Source: Candidatus Saccharimonadales bacterium (GTDB taxonomy: Bacteria; Patescibacteriota; Saccharimonadia; Saccharimonadales; JBBQAJ01). Taken from it: 64,000 nt of DNA. The translations under genes were made by a program, and so were the position numbers. Numbering within the stretch: position 1 is the first letter of the stretch; each line of letters begins with the position of its first letter. Below are positions 1 to 9,999 of the stretch, in pieces. The notes below the pieces were generated by a model, which was not told the origin of the DNA, did no database searches, and was given only the letters and a program-made list of their open reading frames with translations. The stretch is taken from contig JBBRAK010000003.1 of NCBI GenBank assembly GCA_038206875.1, forward strand, positions 24,034 through 88,033, written 5' to 3'.

Positions 1-455
1 ACCATGACAGCTTCAGCCGGTGAAACTTCTAAACGCTCACAAGCAATCTTAAATAATTCTGGATTCGGCTTCGTCATTCCTGCCTCAAACGAAAAAACCA
101 TATCATCAAATAGTGCTTGTTCTTTGAGGCTTAAAAAATGATCTTTCACCCAGTTTGTCGCAATGTTGCTAAGCAAACCGATTTTGTATTTATTTTTTAG
201 TTGCAGGATATACTCTAGAAGTTGCAAATTCTTGTCTGTATCGTCTTCCAGCATGTCGTCAACATACACTGGCTGACGACCTGTTAATTGTTGGATTGAA
301 TCAAGTAGTTCCGTTTTTGTGATTTTTGCCGAGTCATATTCATGATTTAGTGCCCTTGCCTGTTGAATATGTTCAGGATTTAGAGTAGACACAAACTCCT
401 TCCAGGTATCAGAAGTTAGCACTCCAAAACAATCAAAAATTATTGCCTTTATCAC
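1..455 (-). CDS. HAD-superfamily hydrolase (partial; C-terminus runs off the left edge)
   Basis: Not in the ORF track (edge-truncated, GTG start). My minus-strand translation from GTG at 453-455 reads VIKAIIFDCFGVLTSDTWKEF...KIGLLSNIATNW...EAGMTKPNPELFKIACERLEVSPAEAVMV. It has HAD motif I (FDxxGxL, dehalogenase-like), motif II (LSN) and the motif III Lys. Confidence 0.6.
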   Translation of the reverse strand, partial: MIKAIIFDCFGVLTSDTWKEFVSTLNPEHIQQARALNHEYDSAKITKTELLDSIQQLTGRQPVYVDDMLEDDTDKNLQLLEYILQLKNKYKIGLLSNIATNWVKDHFLSLKEQALFDDMVFSFEAGMTKPNPELFKIACERLEVSPAEAVM

Positions 456-645
456 TTTAGACCTCTTTCAGGATCCTACTTTGACCATGAACAGATGTTT
501 GGTAAGTCAGAATCTCATGATAATTGTATCAGCGTATCCCTAGATACGTTTATATAATTTTACGAGGTTCTGGTTACCAAGGACTGTTTATGGGTGAGGT
601 AGGTGTCCTGAAAGAGGTCTACACACTCTAACAGATTGTGTGAAC

Positions 646-1212
646 TTAGAGCTTTACGCCTTTTACAAAAACGTTGTAATCAGTAATTTGTGCTTTAAAA
701 AGCTTTCCTATCAAAGGAGCATTTCCTCCACCATATGGTCCGTCGACTTTACTACAAGAGTCAGACCAAGTACGCATGATTTCAGCACTCATGTCGGTTA
801 ATCGATATACAAACACACTTCCCGTCGGACACATACCTCGGTCATCTGGGTTTTTGACAGTACGCTCTCTTCCAAAACTTGCATTGTCTAGTGCTCGTAC
901 AAAGAACTCAAAAGCTTCTGGAGTATTTATAAATTCTGAACTCTTTTCTACACGAGCAGAATAACCGCTAAGAATTTCTACAGTTCGCCTGTTACGAGTG
1001 ACCGTAACCCGAATTGCCTTACGCTCGTCGTCTCCAACCAACCGCCCATTTTGAGTCCAGCTTACACTTGCCGAGTCCTTGGAGTCATAATCTGCAACCA
1101 CAGTATTGCGGGCAGGTATACTCTTCGATTCAGATCCCCCACTACTAACCAGGACCACCGTTCCCACAATGGCCAAAAAAGCTATAATTACAACTGCTAT
1201 TCCGTATCTCAT
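646..1212 (-). CDS. hypothetical membrane-anchored/exported protein
   Basis: 188-aa ORF. The N-terminal hydrophobic helix (IAVVIIAFLAIVGTVVLV) is followed by a soluble domain. I recognise no family motif. Confidence 0.5.
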   Translation of the reverse strand: MRYGIAVVIIAFLAIVGTVVLVSSGGSESKSIPARNTVVADYDSKDSASVSWTQNGRLVGDDERKAIRVTVTRNRRTVEILSGYSARVEKSSEFINTPEAFEFFVRALDNASFGRERTVKNPDDRGMCPTGSVFVYRLTDMSAEIMRTWSDSCSKVDGPYGGGNAPLIGKLFKAQITDYNVFVKGVKL

Positions 1213-1281
1213 AATTCCTCAAATAACAGGATAATCATACCACAAAACTATACATTTTACAAGCATTTTGATCTTGGTTTG

Positions 1282-2505
1282 CTACGCCGCAAGACCCATT
1301 TCATTTGAATACGCCTTGCGCGCATCTGACAATTCTTTAGCAATTGTTTTGTTAAGTACAAACTTCGCTGTATTTCTACGCTGTTGTTGCACTTCACCCT
1401 TATATTGAGCTCGAAGCTCATCCCTAGCAACAACAGCTTCTATGCTGACACCCGACACATCCTTTGTCTCGTCTAGTAGTCCAATTTTTTGTAAGACCCG
1501 TTGACCCGCTTTATGTGCTTGCTCAATGCCAAATATTGCTGACTTGTGAATTGCTAAAGATTTCCGAGTAAAGTTTGGTATTCCCTTTTTGCCTGGCATA
1601 AAGGGTTTCATTAGGACCGAATGAAGGGTGCGGATCGTATCTTCTGGGAAGTCCTTGTACAAAGCTTCTAGAACACTCTGATAAACATGATGATGCCGTG
1701 CCTCATCTTTGCCTATGCCGTCTAGTAATACGAATCCAACTGGACCGAACAGCCTACCGTCTCGTGTGTGAGCAATTTGAGTACTTAGTTCCTGCCAAGA
1801 GGTATATGCAAAAAGTTGTATGACATGTTCTAGTGTTATTTCGGTCCCGGCTCGTAGCTGAGAATTACGCCCCGCAGTGTGTTCTGGGCTATTTGTAATA
1901 CCTGTGATATCGCCATATTCATTCATGGTGAGCATGTGTGCATTTTCTTCTGCTGTCCATATACCACGCGACCATTCCATGAGTGCAGGTATTTTTACTC
2001 CATGCTTATCTGCAAGGGCCTTAGCATCCCCGAGCAAAAAAGAGACGTAAGCAGGTAAATTGTCTTCTGTTAGAGTGTCAAGTCTATACGCATCATGCGC
2101 AGCGTCCATAATGGCATTAGGATTGTCTGGATCCACTAAATCAGTAGCTACAATGTAATCAAACCAACCAGATTCTACTTCAGCAACACGGTCGGCGAAC
2201 TCGGCATAGTTACCGTCGTTAGTAATACCAAGTTTTGATGCAATTAATTCTTTGAAATTTATAGGCTCACGGCTTGGTCGGTACCCCTCATGCTCACCAG
2301 TAAATCTAGGCGGCAAGAAACCATAATCTCTATCAGAGATAGCAGTACTTGGAGCATCTGCAGTTTCAACCCAGCGAAGATGGCTGTCAATCAAACCAGC
2401 TGCTCCCAAAGCATGTTCAACTACCGCAAGTTTATCTGCTTCGTGTTTTGGGTCTGGAATAAAAATATCTAATTCACTCATAAGTTTATTATACGCCACG
2501 CTCAA
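1282..2505 (-). CDS. acyl-ACP desaturase-like di-iron (ferritin-like) protein
   Basis: 407 aa. It carries two ExxH di-iron motifs in the context typical of soluble acyl-ACP desaturases (WTAEENAH and GKDEARHHHVY). Its start overlaps the upstream otsA/B stop by 17 nt. Confidence 0.55.
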   Translation of the reverse strand: MSVAYNKLMSELDIFIPDPKHEADKLAVVEHALGAAGLIDSHLRWVETADAPSTAISDRDYGFLPPRFTGEHEGYRPSREPINFKELIASKLGITNDGNYAEFADRVAEVESGWFDYIVATDLVDPDNPNAIMDAAHDAYRLDTLTEDNLPAYVSFLLGDAKALADKHGVKIPALMEWSRGIWTAEENAHMLTMNEYGDITGITNSPEHTAGRNSQLRAGTEITLEHVIQLFAYTSWQELSTQIAHTRDGRLFGPVGFVLLDGIGKDEARHHHVYQSVLEALYKDFPEDTIRTLHSVLMKPFMPGKKGIPNFTRKSLAIHKSAIFGIEQAHKAGQRVLQKIGLLDETKDVSGVSIEAVVARDELRAQYKGEVQQQRRNTAKFVLNKTIAKELSDARKAYSNEMGLAA

Positions 2506-4759
2506 ATAATTTTGATTGTACTAGTTTTTCTAAAACTTTGTGAACTTCGTCTACATTGTTGACTCGATATCTGGCAAGTGTTTTGCCTCTACCAACTTTT
2601 ACGCTATATGCACTTTCCGGCAATACCGCAAATATATCTTCGTCAGTATAATCATCTCCAATAGCAAGGATAAAGTCATGTTTGGGCCTAATCCATTGTT
2701 CGGTAACTGCGCCTTTGTTGGCATATGGTGATTTGATCTCCAAAATCATGTTCCCTCTATAAATCTTGAGTCCCATTTCGTTAAGTATTGGGTTTAGCAC
2801 TCGCCGAAGTACCGTCATGTATTTCTGTGCATAGTACGGTGGAGAGTTTCTATAGTGCCAGACCAGTGAACACTCTTTTTCTTCAACAAATGCTCCAGGA
2901 GTTTTGTCTGCATATTTTTGTAAAACTGGCTTCAAAATACCTTTCCAAGTTGGTGAAACTTTGGTAATTTTGACCCAAGTTTTTTGTTTGTTTTTTCTAA
3001 TCAATGCTCCGTGTTCGGCGACCAAGGTAATTGGTATCGCACCCAACCATTTTTCAATATCTTTTTTGCTTCTACCACTTATAACCATAACTCCACCAGC
3101 AGTTACTTTAGAAAGTTTTTTAAGCAAACTTATGGTATGCGTTTTGGGAACGGCGTCGCTAGGATTGTCGTAATATTTTACTAATACACCGTCATAATCA
3201 ATCAGCAAAGTAGGGTTATTGGCTTTCTTGAAATCAATCAGCATTCGGTCTAGTGTGCCTTTAGCAAGATATTTAGTCCGTTCATGCATATGAATATGTG
3301 AAGATTCTAGCTCTCCCATAAAAGCTCTTTTCCAATGATGGATGGTGTTTGTAGCCAGCTTATGCCGCATAACTTTGGCGCGCTGTTTGAGTTCTTTGGG
3401 CGACATAGTTATCGCACCTGTGAGTCCCTCGACCATAGATTTTGGGCGCATGGGATTCACCAAAAGTGCATCAGTAAGTTCTCTAGCCGCACCAGCAGTT
3501 TCGCTTAAAATCAATACACCCTGCATATCTGACTGGGATGCAATATATTCTTTGGCTACCAAATTCATGCCGTCTTTTATGGGGGCAATAAACGCTACAT
3601 CTGCCATTCTGTACATTGCTGCAAGCTCGTCAAATGGCACAGTTTGGTACATATAATGCACTGGTTGCCACGCCCGTTTGCCGTAAGTATCGTTTATTTC
3701 ATCGACCAAACGTTCGACATCTTTTTTGAGATTTCTATACGCTTTAATGTCTGTTCTGGATGGTATTGCAAGCATGACCATGACCACTTTTTTGCGAAGT
3801 TTTTTGTTTGTAGCCAATAATTCTTTGTAAGCTAATAATCGTTCAACCAAGCCCTTGGTTGGGTCCAGCCTATCCACGGTCAAAATAATTTTTCGCCTAC
3901 GTCCGTATTTTTTGCGAAGTTTTTTGACAAGATTTTTTACAGTGTCAGATTTTCCAGCTCTGGAAAATTTAGTGTAATCAATCCCTAGCGGAAAGTCCGT
4001 GATTTTTACCACCCTATCGTCAACTTGCACTCCGCCAATGGACCTCTTTCCAACGTGAGAAAGCTCGCAACAATCTAGAAAATCCTGCACATAACCATCT
4101 GTGTGAAACCCTATTAAATCAGATCCTAAAACACCTTTTAATAAACTTTTTCCATGTGGTAATTCTTTGAATGAACCCGCACCTGGAAAAGGAATGTGCA
4201 GAAAAAACCCTACGAGATCATACGGTCTTTCCTGCCGTAATATTTCAGGCACTAACATAAGCTGATAGTCATGAACCCATACCGTACTTTCAGGATTACT
4301 TAAGCTGAGAACTGTTTCTGCGAATAGTTGATTTACTTTCCTATATGCGTTCCATAGTTTGTTTTGATCGTTGAGAGTAACGGGCATGTTATGAAAAAAT
4401 GGCCACAAAATACTATTGCTGTAGCCGTTGTAGAAATCTTCTATTTCTTTTTGGGTCAGGAAAACCGGATAACAGTTTGAATTGGCAAGCTCAGAACTGA
4501 TTCGTTCCTTTTCGCTGTCAGTCAGTTCGTCTGAGACAATTCCAGGCCATCCAACCCATTTGTTGTTACTATCCTCAGTATAACTGGCCAAACCAGTCGC
4601 TAGCCCGCCCGAACTCGGGTAGAATTTCAATTTGCCACCGACTTTTTTTACACTAATCGGTAGCCTGTTGGAAACAATAGTAACACTCGCCATAAATCTG
4701 CTAGTAACTTCTCTAGTATACAGAAAAATCATTGTCCTATCTAATATAAGCTCCTGCAA
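2489..4759 (-). CDS. otsA: bifunctional trehalose-6-phosphate synthase / trehalose-6-phosphate phosphatase (OtsA-OtsB fusion)
   Basis: The N-terminal region is GT20-like (VTIVSNRLPISVKK...GGLATGL...WVHDYQLMLVP). The C-terminal region is a HAD phosphatase (LLIDYDGVLV...GDDYTDEDIF). The true start may be the internal ATG at 4693 (MASVTIVSNRLP). Confidence 0.85.
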   Translation of the reverse strand: MQELILDRTMIFLYTREVTSRFMASVTIVSNRLPISVKKVGGKLKFYPSSGGLATGLASYTEDSNNKWVGWPGIVSDELTDSEKERISSELANSNCYPVFLTQKEIEDFYNGYSNSILWPFFHNMPVTLNDQNKLWNAYRKVNQLFAETVLSLSNPESTVWVHDYQLMLVPEILRQERPYDLVGFFLHIPFPGAGSFKELPHGKSLLKGVLGSDLIGFHTDGYVQDFLDCCELSHVGKRSIGGVQVDDRVVKITDFPLGIDYTKFSRAGKSDTVKNLVKKLRKKYGRRRKIILTVDRLDPTKGLVERLLAYKELLATNKKLRKKVVMVMLAIPSRTDIKAYRNLKKDVERLVDEINDTYGKRAWQPVHYMYQTVPFDELAAMYRMADVAFIAPIKDGMNLVAKEYIASQSDMQGVLILSETAGAARELTDALLVNPMRPKSMVEGLTGAITMSPKELKQRAKVMRHKLATNTIHHWKRAFMGELESSHIHMHERTKYLAKGTLDRMLIDFKKANNPTLLIDYDGVLVKYYDNPSDAVPKTHTISLLKKLSKVTAGGVMVISGRSKKDIEKWLGAIPITLVAEHGALIRKNKQKTWVKITKVSPTWKGILKPVLQKYADKTPGAFVEEKECSLVWHYRNSPPYYAQKYMTVLRRVLNPILNEMGLKIYRGNMILEIKSPYANKGAVTEQWIRPKHDFILAIGDDYTDEDIFAVLPESAYSVKVGRGKTLARYRVNNVDEVHKVLEKLVQSKLFERGV

Positions 4760-4799
4760 ATAGCAATGTATCCTTCATCAAACATGAAGATTCTTAGAG

Positions 4800-7442
4800 T
4801 TACAATTCGCCCCAGTTTTTGCCTATGCTGGTGTCTACGGTGAGTTTAACGGGTAGTTTGTAGGCAGTTTCCATGACTTCTTTTAGTTTTTTGGCTACTG
4901 TTTTAGCTTCTGATTCGTCACATTCCATGATCAGGGAGTCGTGTATTTGCAATAATATTTTGCACGATTTGCTAAGTAATTTTTCGTCTACTTCTATCAT
5001 GGCTAATTTCATGATGTCAGCTGCCGTTCCCTGGAATGGCACGTTTACCGCGGCACGAAATGCTGCTTCGCGAACTGCAAAATTACTCGAATGTACGTCG
5101 GGCGTAGGCCTGCGCCTACCAAACAGTGTTTCTACGTAGCCGTCGTTGCTGGCATGTTCTTTTACTGAATCAATGTAAACTTTAAGTTTTGGACGGATTT
5201 CAAAGTACTTGGTAATAAAGTGTTTGGCTTGATCATAATTCATACTGGTTTGTTGAACCAAACCGTGGGCACCCACACCGTACATAATGCCAAAATTGAT
5301 TACTTTTGCTTCTCGACGCATATTTTTAGTAACATCTTCTGGGCTTCTGTCATATACTTCTGCGGCTGTAGCTAAATGTACATCTTCATCTCTGTTAAAC
5401 ATATCAATCAGTCGTTGGTCATTGGACAAATACGCGGCTATTCTCAGCTCAAACTGAGAATAATCGGCGCTGACAAACATTTTACCCTTACCAGCCACAA
5501 ACGCCGTTCGTATCTGTCTACCTAGATCGGTCTTGACCGGAATGTTTTGCAAATTCGGGTCATTTGAACTTAACCGACCAGTTTGTGCTACGGTCATCGC
5601 GAAGGTTGTATGCACACGTGAGTTTTTGTCCACTTGATTTGGCAAAGTATCTACATAAGTGTTTTTGAGTTTAGTAACTTCACGAAACTGAGTAACAAAA
5701 TCAATTATTGGATGAGCTTCGCGCAGTTTTACTAGTTCGCTTGCAGCAGTTGAATAGCCAGTTTTCCCTTTCTTAATTCCGGCGGTTGGTAGCTTAATTT
5801 TATTGAATAAAATGTCAGCAAGTTGCGAAGGCGATGCGATGTTGAACTCCTCATCTGCATATCCATAAATTTGTTGTTCAAGGTCACTTACTGCGTCATT
5901 TAACTGCTCCGCCATAACGCTCAAATAGCCAGAATCCAACTGAATTCCCTCGTATTCCATCCTCGCTAACACTACAATTACTGGGAACTCTATGTCTTTG
6001 GCAAGTTTGGCTAGTTTTGGAGTTTTTGCTAAAGCTACAACTTGTTGTTCGTGAAGGGCTTTGATAAAAGCAACTATTTCCGTTTCGTTTGCAGTCATTT
6101 CATCTGGAGTAAAATCCTCAAAACCTTTACCCTCAAAGCCAAGATCTGCTGAAGCAAGCTCAGTTAACGAAAGCTCGCGCCTTAGGGGATTTATTAAAAA
6201 TGCACCTATCTGGATATCGTGTTCTATTTCCGGCAGATCAACTCCTAGGCTCAACAACACTTGTAATGTGGATTTTAAATCATGTCCGATAATTTTCGTA
6301 TTACTTGTAATAATTTCTGACAGTTTTTTTGAAACTTTAGCCTTTAGTCTGGCTAAATCTAGGACATATGTTGTTTTTGCATCTTCGCTCAGAGCTAAAA
6401 CAAGTGGATTTTTGCCATGCTTGCCTGCGCTAAAACTGTGCATATATAGTTTTTTGGCGTTTTTAAGTGGAATTGCACTTAATTCTTGTTCGGTTTTAAT
6501 TATTTCTTGTTTGCCAATCGCCACATCTAGCGGAACATGGGCAGGTTGCGGAGTTTCTGTCATTTGCATTATTTCGGGTAGTTGTCTGAGCAAACTTCGA
6601 AATTCTAATTTTTGCAATGTGTCACGTATTCGATCGGGGTTCGCCTTTGTACCGTCTAGCTGTGTTAAATCTAGCTTAATCGGAGCATCTGTCCAAATAC
6701 TGGCAAGTTTTTTACTCATATATGCTAAATCTTTGCCGGACTCTAATTTTTTGCGGGTTGTTTCTTTGACCAAAACTAAATTGTCATACACTCCGTCCAA
6801 CGTTCCATGTGCCTTTAGTAGTTCTATGGCTCCTTTTTCTCCAATTCCTGGTACGCCAGGTATGTTGTCAGAGCTATCACCTTTTAGAGCTTTTAGGTCT
6901 AAAAATTGCGAAGCATTTATGCCATATTTTGCTTCAAAGCTTTCTGGATGATACAGCTCAATATTACTTAGGCCTTTTTTAAGCGCGTACACACTTACGT
7001 GCCAATCAACCATTTGTAACATATCTAAATCGGAAGTTATGAGCATGGTTTCTATGTCTTTGGCGGTGGCTTGGATGGCCAAAGTTCCCATAATGTCGTC
7101 TGCCTCAAAGTCATCGAGTTCGTAAAGTGGCCAACCAAAAGCATCTAACAAATCGTGCAGTATAGGAATTTGTTCATAAAAATCTGGTGGTGGTGGCTTA
7201 CGCCCAGCTTTGTACTCGGGATATATAGCCAAACGTTTACGGATATTTGTTTTTGGCTTGTCCCACGCAACACATACATAGTCTGGTTTTAGCCGTCGAA
7301 TAACTTCCAGAGCCATGGTTGCAAAACCAAATACACCACCCGTCGGCGTACCATCTTTGGTGCTTAGATTTGGCATAGCATAATAGCCACGATAAAAAAC
7401 AGACTTCCCGTCAATAATCGCTAACTTTTTTCGCTCCGCCAT
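4800..7442 (-). CDS. polA: DNA polymerase I
   Basis: 880 aa. The N-terminus is a 5'-3' exonuclease domain (LAIIDGKSVFYRGYYA). Pol A motifs are present (DYSQFELRIAAYLS, QIHDSLIMEC). The central 3'-5' exo-like region lacks an obvious DxE motif. Confidence 0.95.
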   Translation of the reverse strand: MAERKKLAIIDGKSVFYRGYYAMPNLSTKDGTPTGGVFGFATMALEVIRRLKPDYVCVAWDKPKTNIRKRLAIYPEYKAGRKPPPPDFYEQIPILHDLLDAFGWPLYELDDFEADDIMGTLAIQATAKDIETMLITSDLDMLQMVDWHVSVYALKKGLSNIELYHPESFEAKYGINASQFLDLKALKGDSSDNIPGVPGIGEKGAIELLKAHGTLDGVYDNLVLVKETTRKKLESGKDLAYMSKKLASIWTDAPIKLDLTQLDGTKANPDRIRDTLQKLEFRSLLRQLPEIMQMTETPQPAHVPLDVAIGKQEIIKTEQELSAIPLKNAKKLYMHSFSAGKHGKNPLVLALSEDAKTTYVLDLARLKAKVSKKLSEIITSNTKIIGHDLKSTLQVLLSLGVDLPEIEHDIQIGAFLINPLRRELSLTELASADLGFEGKGFEDFTPDEMTANETEIVAFIKALHEQQVVALAKTPKLAKLAKDIEFPVIVVLARMEYEGIQLDSGYLSVMAEQLNDAVSDLEQQIYGYADEEFNIASPSQLADILFNKIKLPTAGIKKGKTGYSTAASELVKLREAHPIIDFVTQFREVTKLKNTYVDTLPNQVDKNSRVHTTFAMTVAQTGRLSSNDPNLQNIPVKTDLGRQIRTAFVAGKGKMFVSADYSQFELRIAAYLSNDQRLIDMFNRDEDVHLATAAEVYDRSPEDVTKNMRREAKVINFGIMYGVGAHGLVQQTSMNYDQAKHFITKYFEIRPKLKVYIDSVKEHASNDGYVETLFGRRRPTPDVHSSNFAVREAAFRAAVNVPFQGTAADIMKLAMIEVDEKLLSKSCKILLQIHDSLIMECDESEAKTVAKKLKEVMETAYKLPVKLTVDTSIGKNWGEL

Positions 7443-7512
7443 ATAACTACAGTATACTCGCGGGGACGACGATTAATAAGTGCTTGAGTTTAGAAGATGA
7501 TACACTAAATTT

Positions 7513-8169
7513 ATGAAACAACATGTGATTAGTGAGGCCGAAATATTTCAAGCGCTTTTTGCACTGCTTGCTGCAGTTAGTTTGCAAATTTTAACTGCCA
7601 GGTTTGGAGCAAACATTGTGCCCGGCGCACACTATTTCATTATTTTTATAGAGCTAGTCCTTGCTTCTTTACTTGCCATAAGTATAAATATTCGGGGAAC
7701 AAATTCTTGGGGATTACACCATGTTTTTGCAATCGGACTTTTAGGATTAATATCAATCGCAAATGTCACCGGGTTAGTGTTTGTTCTAAACTCACTTATT
7801 ATCGGTCATGGCGCGTTAAATGGAGAACAACTGCTCGCATCAGCAGTGGCAATATTTTTAACAAACATAATCGTTTATTCGCTTTGGTATTGGGAAATAG
7901 ACAGTCCAGGTCTCACAAATTCTCGTTGGTCAAAGAATGACAAAGATTTTCAGTTTACTCAACAAAGTTTACCAGGAGATTTTCCAGGATGGCGACCTAA
8001 GTTTGGTGATTATTTATATCTTTCAATTACAAATGCTGTAAACTTTGCGCCCGCTGACTCAAAACCAGTCAGCCTTCAAGCAAAAATGCTCATGGCGACT
8101 CAGTCACTAATCTCTGTTTTCACACTCGCACTATTAATTGCACGCTCCGTTAGTGTTCTCGGTACTTAG
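7513..8169 (+). CDS. integral membrane protein, unknown function
   Basis: 218 aa with about five hydrophobic helices. No family motif recognised. Confidence 0.5.
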   Translation: MKQHVISEAEIFQALFALLAAVSLQILTARFGANIVPGAHYFIIFIELVLASLLAISINIRGTNSWGLHHVFAIGLLGLISIANVTGLVFVLNSLIIGHGALNGEQLLASAVAIFLTNIIVYSLWYWEIDSPGLTNSRWSKNDKDFQFTQQSLPGDFPGWRPKFGDYLYLSITNAVNFAPADSKPVSLQAKMLMATQSLISVFTLALLIARSVSVLGT

Positions 8170-8175
8170 GGCTAA

Positions 8176-8736
8176 TTAAATTAAGCCGAGAGTTTTCTCT
8201 ACGTCCTTTATAAATTCAGCTTTGTTGTTAGTTTTGTTGAATATTTCGTAGTCTGAAATAGATTTTATTGCACTTATGTCAAATGCTGGGTCAATACTCC
8301 CGTTTTCGGCTGATTCACGTTTTTTGAACTCCTCAAAACTCAGACCACCTTCTTCTACCCTAGCTCTCTCTTTGAGTCGCTCAAATCTCATTCGCTCAGG
8401 CGCATCAACAAATACAATCACACCTCCTTTGTCTTTAACGGCTTGAGCCTCAGCAATTGCCCTAAAACCACTTACTACAAGACCTTTGTATTTGTCTTTT
8501 ACTTCGTCAAACTTATCTAAAGCCATATGACCTGTGGCACCGTGTCCATGATTTGTCCGAATTTCGTTTGCGGTTTTGTACAGGACTGGTCGTTCAACCG
8601 AACCGTATTTGTGCAATGCAACATCTCTGATTATATCTCCAGTAGAAACATGGTAATACCCGTGATTTTTCACCAAATAGTCTGCAATAGTGTCTTTTCC
8701 ACTGGCATGAGTCCCAGCTAATCCAATAATCTTCAT
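8176..8736 (-). CDS. P-loop nucleoside/nucleotide kinase-like protein
   Basis: The Walker A motif sits at the N-terminus (IIGLAGTHASGKDT). The size (186 aa) fits small NMP/dNMP or dephospho-CoA-kinase-like kinases. A GGAGGG SD lies upstream of the ATG. Confidence 0.55.
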   Translation of the reverse strand: MKIIGLAGTHASGKDTIADYLVKNHGYYHVSTGDIIRDVALHKYGSVERPVLYKTANEIRTNHGHGATGHMALDKFDEVKDKYKGLVVSGFRAIAEAQAVKDKGGVIVFVDAPERMRFERLKERARVEEGGLSFEEFKKRESAENGSIDPAFDISAIKSISDYEIFNKTNNKAEFIKDVEKTLGLI

Positions 8737-8877
8737 ATGCCCTCCATTGTAGCAACAAAATGTTAAATTCGACCCCTTAAGTGAATTGTTTTCACTCAGG
8801 TCACATTTGCCAAGGGCAATGCATATTAATCATTGCTTGTCTGCATGGACCGGGACCTGAGGGAAAAAAGTGAACGA

Positions 8878-9999
8878 CTACTTGATATAGTCGTGTAGTT
8901 TTTTGGAATCTTTGTGCTTGCGAAGTTTAGCCAACGCCTTGGCTTCTATTTGACGAATTCGTTCTCGGGTCACACTAAATTCTTGTCCTACTTCTTCAAG
9001 CGTGTGACTTTTGCCGTCTTCCAAACCAAACCGTAGCTTCAAAATCTTTTGCTCTCGCTCAGTTAGAGCGCCTAACATATCTTTTACGTGTTCTTTGAGC
9101 AACTGGTTTGTGGCCGATTCTTCTGGGGAAATTGTGTCTTCGTCCTCTATAAAGTCAGCCAGTACACTGTCTTCTTCGTCATCACGGACAGATGCGTCCA
9201 AACTTGAGATGTCTTGTTTAATTTTCATGATGTGTTCGACTTTTTCGACGTCAATTTCCATTTCTTTGGCGATTTCTTCGTTGGATGGTTCACGGTTGAG
9301 CTCTTGAGTTAGGCGTCGTTGTGTTCTAAGTAGCTTGTTGATAGTTTCAACCATGTGGACGGGTATTCGAATAGTTCGAGCTTGGTCTGCTATAGCACGT
9401 GTTATAGCCTGTCGAATCCACCAAGTAGCATACGTGCTAAATTTGAAACCTTTGTCGGGGTCAAACTTTTCTACTGCACGCAAGAGTCCTGTATTTCCCT
9501 CTTGTATAAGGTCTAGCAGGTCTAGACCACGCCCTACGTATCGCTTGGCAATACTTACAACTAGCCGCATATTGGCTTCTGCCATTTTGTCTTTGGCGCC
9601 TTTTACTCCAGCCACCACCTGATTGGCTAGTGCTAGTTCTTCTGGTGAAGTTAGCAGTGGGATTTTGCCAATTTCACGTAAATATAAGCGTACTGAGTCG
9701 TCTGCTATGTCGTCTAAATATACTTTTTCGTCTATGACGATTTCTTCGTCATCATCTGCAGTCCAGGCATCGCCTGTTGCCGTGGTGGGTTCTATCCCTG
9801 TAATAGGTATGCTGGCATCCGCTAGTTCGGTGTATAGCTGATCAAGTATATCGACATGTTCTGGGGTATCGGAAATTGCTTTGAAAATTTCCCGTTGGTC
9901 AATTTTTTTGTCCTTTTTGGCTTTAGTAATTAGATCCGTCTTGGCTTGTTCTAAAACTGAATCAACATTTTCATCTGCTATCTGTGGTTCATCTGCCAT
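8878..9999 (-). CDS. rpoD: RNA polymerase primary sigma factor (sigma-70)
   Basis: Region 2 reads [27 protein letters not shown]. Region 4 reads [24 protein letters not shown]. The ATG directly abuts the dnaG stop (TAAATG). Confidence 0.95.
   Translation of the reverse strand: MADEPQIADENVDSVLEQAKTDLITKAKKDKKIDQREIFKAISDTPEHVDILDQLYTELADASIPITGIEPTTATGDAWTADDDEEIVIDEKVYLDDIADDSVRLYLREIGKIPLLTSPEELALANQVVAGVKGAKDKMAEANMRLVVSIAKRYVGRGLDLLDLIQEGNTGLLRAVEKFDPDKGFKFSTYATWWIRQAITRAIADQARTIRIPVHMVETINKLLRTQRRLTQELNREPSNEEIAKEMEIDVEKVEHIMKIKQDISSLDASVRDDEEDSVLADFIEDEDTISPEESATNQLLKEHVKDMLGALTEREQKILKLRFGLEDGKSHTLEEVGQEFSVTRERIRQIEAKALAKLRKHKDSKKLHDYIK

Noticed and set aside
6061-6951. 296-aa plus-strand ORF
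   Set aside because: It lies entirely antisense within the well-supported polA gene. The sequence is low-complexity and Ser/Leu-rich, as is typical of shadow frames, and has no motif.
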